Positions 58,886 through 64,000 of a DNA stretch of 64,000 nucleotides are shown piece after piece. A program made the translations under genes and the position numbers. The stretch is from the IMG/VR virus record IMGVR_UViG_3300042549_006728; one strand, 5' to 3'. How positions within the stretch are numbered: position 1 is the first letter of the stretch; each line of letters starts with the position of its first letter. Under the pieces are notes generated by a model. It was not told the origin of the DNA and ran no database searches. It saw nothing but the letters and a program-made list of their open reading frames with translations. The stretch is from a virus. Its lineage: Duplodnaviria; Heunggongvirae; Uroviricota; Caudoviricetes.

Positions 58886-60442
58886 AACTTTCAATTGTTT
58901 TATCGTTGTATGTTATTGTGATTAGTTTGGTTGGGGTATTCCATTCATTATTCATTCTCCATTCTATGTCTTCAAGGTTGATAGTACGATTCCATGAATA
59001 ATCCCATTTTTCTTTACATAAACCCATTCTCGCTACCAAACTCAGTTCTCGTTCCTCAATCTTTAGTCCCCACTTTTCAGAGAATGTTTTATCGTAAGTA
59101 CATAAACCAACAAACATTTCTTTGTCGGGTTTTCTGTAGGTTTTTTTACCATCCAATCGTGCAACTAAAAGACACATCCCAATAGAATTATCCTTTTCAT
59201 ATTCCTTTGAATAATTCTCATATGCTTTATTCAATAAATCTTGTTGTTCTTTACTCATAACTTTCTATTGTTTGTTTCCAAAGTGTGATATATCGTATGA
59301 TATCTTTTCTTTTTCTTCAACCGTGTTGTCACTTTTAATTTCACCAATTGCTCTTGATGAAACCCACACCGTTTGTTTTTGATTAAGTATTTCGTTCACC
59401 TTTTTTGAGGCGTCGCTATCATTAAATTGAATGGTCTTTCCTTCATCTGTTGTGTATCCAACAATCTCACCATTATATTCTACAGGGATTTCTTTATTCA
59501 TCTTTGTTTTGTTTTTTTATTTTTAATGATTCAACACCCACAACGTCATCTTCTTTTAATCCGTGTAAATGTAAAGGAATTTTAAGAGATCTAAATAAAT
59601 TTTGTTGTAAGTATTCAATATCTTCAATTTCTTCTTTTGTTAATTCTTCACTCATCTTCATCTTTGTTTAGTAATTTACGACCTTCTTCCCATATTGGTG
59701 ATCCACACATATAAGGATGTTCAATAACATCTTCAAGAAATTCCTCAAGTTCTTTTATTCTATTATCCTTTTCTTCTTTATTTAATCTCCTTTCAATTAT
59801 GGATTCAAGTTCTGTTGATATTTCATTTTCAATGTCATCACCCAAATTATCCCACCAATCATCGAATCCCCATCTAACATAAAGAACATCAAGTATCTCT
59901 AAAACACATTTTTTGATTTCTAATTTACTCATCTTGATATTATCTTACATTTATCTTTACTAATGTCGTGTGATTTTTCACCAACCTTTACTCTATAATA
60001 GGAACCATAAAAATTTGACCAATCTTTAACAACCTCAAACTGTTCACCTTGTTTAAATTTTTTCTCCACAAGTCCAGATCTATAGTAATTCAATAATTCG
60101 TGAAGGTAATGTTCACACAAACAATCTTTTGTTACCTCTATTGTCATTTTAATTTTGTTTTTCGTATATATTTCTATTTTGTTCCATCTTACTAAAACCT
60201 AGTATCTGATGTTCAGTTACATTGATAACCCATTCCTCAAAATACTTATGATACTTTTTGTGGTTATCTTTATAAAATACTTCTTCTAACCAAACATAAA
60301 GTTCTGGTGTCATACTATCAGTTTAATAAAATAATAAACAAATATATGATTTTTATAACACATAATCAAATATTTTTAAAATAAAAAACCCCTATATTTC
60401 TATAGAGGGTATTATAATATTTCTTGTTATATCTAAAAAAAT

Positions 60443-61204
60443 CTATATGTATTGTTCAAAAATTTTATTATAATGCTCATAACCTACAATATTTTTATTT
60501 CTAATAATTTTAATTTCATTTAAATTATATCTCCACTCAGGTTCAACTATTCTAGGTTTTGCACCGTGAAAGTGTATTATTTTTGAATTTTCATTTATCC
60601 CCCAATACGGTTTCCAATTATATTCCAATGGTAATTTACCGATATTTCCTTTATATATATCATTGTACATTGTTTGATCCCAAACCGATAAACTATCAAA
60701 ATTAGTGTTAATATAGTTTAATATTTTTTCATCGTCAATTAAGAATGATTTAACATTGAATAACATTACACCCGCATTAATATAAGACCAATTATTAACA
60801 TCAAATTCTGGACACGCAGAGAAATATTTTGGTTTAATAGTATTGATATCGGAATAATCTCCTTTTTGGAAAATAACATCGTAATCAGTATAAAGACAAA
60901 ATTCATCATCATAACCTAATTTACTTAATAAAAATGGGATTTCAGTCCTTAAAAACGTTCCTGATGAAATAGTTAATGAACCTTCTTTTTTTGTTCTTTC
61001 CGAATTAACAAATGTATCATAACATCTATGTCTATGTTCGATAATAGTTACACCATCAGGTAAATCTAACTCCTCCTTCTTCCCATCAAAAATAACAAAC
61101 ACTTCGAAATCTGTATTTTGTAGTGCAGAATTAACTGAATGTTTAAGTAATTTTATATTGTCTGTCTTACATGTATCACTATTTGTTGCTAAAAACAATT
61201 TCAT
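60443..61204 (-). CDS. Glycosyltransferase family 8-like protein
   Basis: LYTDYDV (DxD), YINAGVML, WDQ, LP.EYN, IIHFHGAKP. Confidence 0.85.
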   Translation of the reverse strand: MKLFLATNSDTCKTDNIKLLKHSVNSALQNTDFEVFVIFDGKKEELDLPDGVTIIEHRHRCYDTFVNSERTKKEGSLTISSGTFLRTEIPFLLSKLGYDDEFCLYTDYDVIFQKGDYSDINTIKPKYFSACPEFDVNNWSYINAGVMLFNVKSFLIDDEKILNYINTNFDSLSVWDQTMYNDIYKGNIGKLPLEYNWKPYWGINENSKIIHFHGAKPRIVEPEWRYNLNEIKIIRNKNIVGYEHYNKIFEQYI

Positions 61205-61205
61205 A

Positions 61206-62141
61206 TTATGTTGGTAATTTTTTCCCTTTGTGATGAGTTTTCTCACTCTCTATTCTTATCTTTATTTTTGGTGAATAACCTTTAGGTAATTTATTATTGA
61301 TACCCTCAAATTCCCCCATTTCATTATCCATTCTTATAACAATTTGTTTTTCTTTTATGTTCATCATAATTTGTCCAACAGTATGCATATTATACATATT
61401 TTTAGTCCTATATGGATTTAAGAATGGATCGTCATCATATTTTTGTTTTAATGTATTAATTACATCCATATCTGTTTTGGCATCTTTTAAATGTTTTTTC
61501 GCCAATTCCATTCTAGATACAGATGATTTTCTTTTTTCACCTGTAGTGTAACCCGCATCTTTTTGGTATACACCATGATTTGATCTAACAACTATTTTAG
61601 AATCCTCTTTTAATTTTTTAATTATTGGTGCATGTTTAGATGTCATTTCAATAACATAAATATCTTTACCATCTGATACAAATGTCTCACCTCTTAAACC
61701 CCATTTACTTTTTGTTCCAGTAAACTCAATTAATGACTTTACTGCGGATCTCATATCTTTTTTTGTGAGAGCTTCTCTTATTTTTTGCCCATCTTTTGAG
61801 TATACCCTCTTTTCAGTTTTATCGTTTTTAGTTTTTCTTTGTTTGAGTACTTTTTCACCTTCTTTTTCATCGGAAGCAGTTGATAATGCAGAATTTACTA
61901 TACTGATTCCATACTCATTCATTCCCTCACTCCAATCAGTATCAACATCCCTCCAATAGGCAATTTCAACACCGTCAACTATTTCGTGAACCAATTCAAT
62001 TTTCGCCTTATAACCTCTATCCCTATTTTTTGCTAAAACAATGGTATCTTTTAATTTAACTCCTGCAATTACACATTCATTTAATACTCTTGGTTCCGTT
62101 TCTTCGAGTAATATTCTTCTTATATTGTTTTGTAAATTCAT
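61206..62141 (-). CDS. Cys Ntn-hydrolase (C45/C59-like) with leader/propeptide
   Basis: C-V-I-A...LAKNRD...SEGMNEYGI...RSNH...SS..R pattern; the Cys directly follows VLNE. Confidence 0.8.
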   Translation of the reverse strand: MNLQNNIRRILLEETEPRVLNECVIAGVKLKDTIVLAKNRDRGYKAKIELVHEIVDGVEIAYWRDVDTDWSEGMNEYGISIVNSALSTASDEKEGEKVLKQRKTKNDKTEKRVYSKDGQKIREALTKKDMRSAVKSLIEFTGTKSKWGLRGETFVSDGKDIYVIEMTSKHAPIIKKLKEDSKIVVRSNHGVYQKDAGYTTGEKRKSSVSRMELAKKHLKDAKTDMDVINTLKQKYDDDPFLNPYRTKNMYNMHTVGQIMMNIKEKQIVIRMDNEMGEFEGINNKLPKGYSPKIKIRIESEKTHHKGKKLPT

Positions 62142-62406
62142 ACATATAAATATATTACAAAATAAAAAAACCCCTACATTTATTTAAAGGTTTATATTAA
62201 AGTAATAGTGATTATTTATTCTCTTTCATATGTGGTAATAATTTCTTCTCCCACTTGTAAGGTTACTATATGAGTTGGGGTAGTTTCTTTATAAACTTCT
62301 TCAGTAATATATAAATTTTCCCACTCCACATCGGTGTTTTTCATTACCCATTGGATTCTTTCTTCCCAAGTCATTTTTCGTTTTATACCCATATTATTTA
62401 GTTTAA

Positions 62407-63750
62407 TTAATCTACAACACCATTACCATAATATAAGTCAAAACTTTTTTTATTATGATCATCTGACTTTAACCATTCTTTATACTTTAATTCAAACCAA
62501 TTATCTTGAAATGTGTAGTGACTACCATTACAGTATCTAAGTTTGTTATTTAGATTATAGAATTGTTCGAATAACCCAATCTCACTTTCATCAGATATTT
62601 CTTTATTATATTTAATAACTGAACTCATATCCCTATAACGAAAACCATTTTCAGTTACAACTGATTCGTCTCTAGGAGACCAGTAATCTAAAATTGTTTT
62701 AACCATATTATTTTATATTATTTTTTCCGTATTCTTTCCATTCTTTTTTGGGGATGATCGTATCATTCATATCTAAACAACTCCATTCACATGTATTGTG
62801 ATCATAAAAATGAACATGTATTCTATCTACGTGAACTTTTGGTGAACAAGATGATAGTAACAACAAAACTAATATTTTTTTTATATTACTCATCCTCTAA
62901 CTCAACTATTGTGTTCTCAATATCACCTATTTTATCCTTTACTAATTTTCGCATGTTTTCCATTTGAGATAACATTGACAATCTAAGGTTATGGAACTCT
63001 TCGTCCTTTATTTCACTAAAAGAACTATAATGTTTAAAACAATATTCAAAACCCTCGTTGTCCATCCTATAATCAACATTTAACCAATGTTCCAATTGAT
63101 CTTCTAATTCTTCTCTATTCATCTTCTTTATTTAATTTTCCTAACATTTCTTCTATTTCGTATCCGTTTTCTTCCAGTTCCTTTTGAATCTTTTTATCAT
63201 TTATGAATTTGGCATCTTCCCACGCTTCCTTAACACTACCCCATTTAAACAACAATCTAAAAAAATCATATATTAACTTAAACATTGTTAATAGTTTCTA
63301 GAAAATCCCACACGTTATTTGTAAACTCCTCATAAAGATCACCATCCTCATCATCAGATAAGTCAATGATATAATTATCAAGACAATCATCAACGACTAC
63401 TTCCAATATCTCACCAAGAGTCTGATCATCATTTTTAAATTCAATGTACTTATCTTTAATGTACTTTTTTTGATATTGTGTTAATTCCATTCTATATAAG
63501 TTTAAAGTTATTTTATAATAACAGTGCCTTCCATAACACCCCAACTCGATTTTTCCCTAAAGTAAACCACATTCGTAGTAGTATCTTTGGTACATATCCA
63601 CATTTGGTTTTCTTTCCATGTTACATTTAAGACAACTTCGTTTGTTTTAAGTTTTAACTCTTCAGTACCTCCCCATCTTCTCGCTCTAGCATTATCTGTA
63701 CAAGAGGACAATCCAATTACCCCCATTAGTAAAATTATTATTTTTTTCAT
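62407..63750 (-). other. Cluster of small hypothetical genes including two lipoproteins
   Basis: ORFs 62407-62706, 62708-62893 (LLSS|C), 62886-63122, 63278-63490 and 63508-63750 (GLSS|C). Confidence 0.7.
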
Positions 63751-64000
63751 ATATAATTTATTATTTAAACAAAATTAATGATAATATATTTAATTAACAA
63801 ATAAAAATCCCTCATTTAATTAAAAAAGAGGGATTTTTAAATTGTCATAGTAAAATTATTTTATATATTACTTTATCATTTTATTAAATTTTTTAATAGT
63901 ATGTGCCAAATCTAAATCTTTCCCGTTAAATGGTTTCGTTGGGGATATCGTATTTTTTTCATTATTCATCGCAAAATTATCTAAATTCTCAAATAAAGTT

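Larger units (their letters stand above)
56470..60313 (-). other. Cluster of about 14 small, tightly packed hypothetical genes, probably an early operon
   Basis: ORFs 56470-56838, 56845-57045, 57055-57276, 57484-57738, 57745-58119, 58186-58392, 58382-58885, 58878-59258, 59265-59501, 59648-59932, 59929-60147 and 60149-60313, among others; TATATTTG promoter at 60339-60346; none has the virion-type leader. Confidence 0.75.

Noticed and set aside
56205-62195. Similar elements aaaaaaccc.atatttctatagagg at about 56205 and 60385, and a weaker one at about 62164
   Set aside because: They sit at operon ends with U-tracts on the minus strand and are best explained as related intrinsic terminators, not a mobile repeat.
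1-64000. Stop-codon reassignment as in some large Bacteroidota phages
   Set aside because: Terminase, ThyA, ClpC and the kinase are full length in code 11, coding density is high, and TAG and TGA end genes at sensible positions.

Overview
A 64 kb, strongly AT-rich segment of a large T4-like (jumbo-type) dsDNA phage. The host is very probably Bacteroidota, because TTTG-N18-20-TAnnTTTG promoters precede the accessory genes. The window opens with a portal (truncated by the edge) and a large terminase. It also carries a nucleotidyltransferase, thyA, a KTSC protein, an orphan DNA methyltransferase, ClpC, several cell-wall enzymes, HNH endonucleases, a GT8 glycosyltransferase, an Ntn-hydrolase and many small ORFs. 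Three candidate systems stand out. (1) About 25 unrelated genes share short N-terminal leaders ending in (I/L/M/V)-x-E and an upstream ATATTTAT motif, which suggests a capsid-targeting and prohead-protease cargo system. One cargo is an Ntn-hydrolase whose catalytic Cys directly follows 'LNE'. (2) About 23 copies of a diversified ~90-120 aa domain are strung into polyproteins joined by INES/MNES/ITES linkers. (3) A phage-encoded PAS-PAS histidine kinase and stand-alone receiver sit with two holin-like membrane proteins between a GH19 endolysin and an L,D-transpeptidase-like gene. Also seen: inverted repeats bracketing whole genes, small-RNA candidates, a G-tract island and a thyA remnant next to a DfrB-like domain. 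All calls come from reading motifs by eye; no database search was run.
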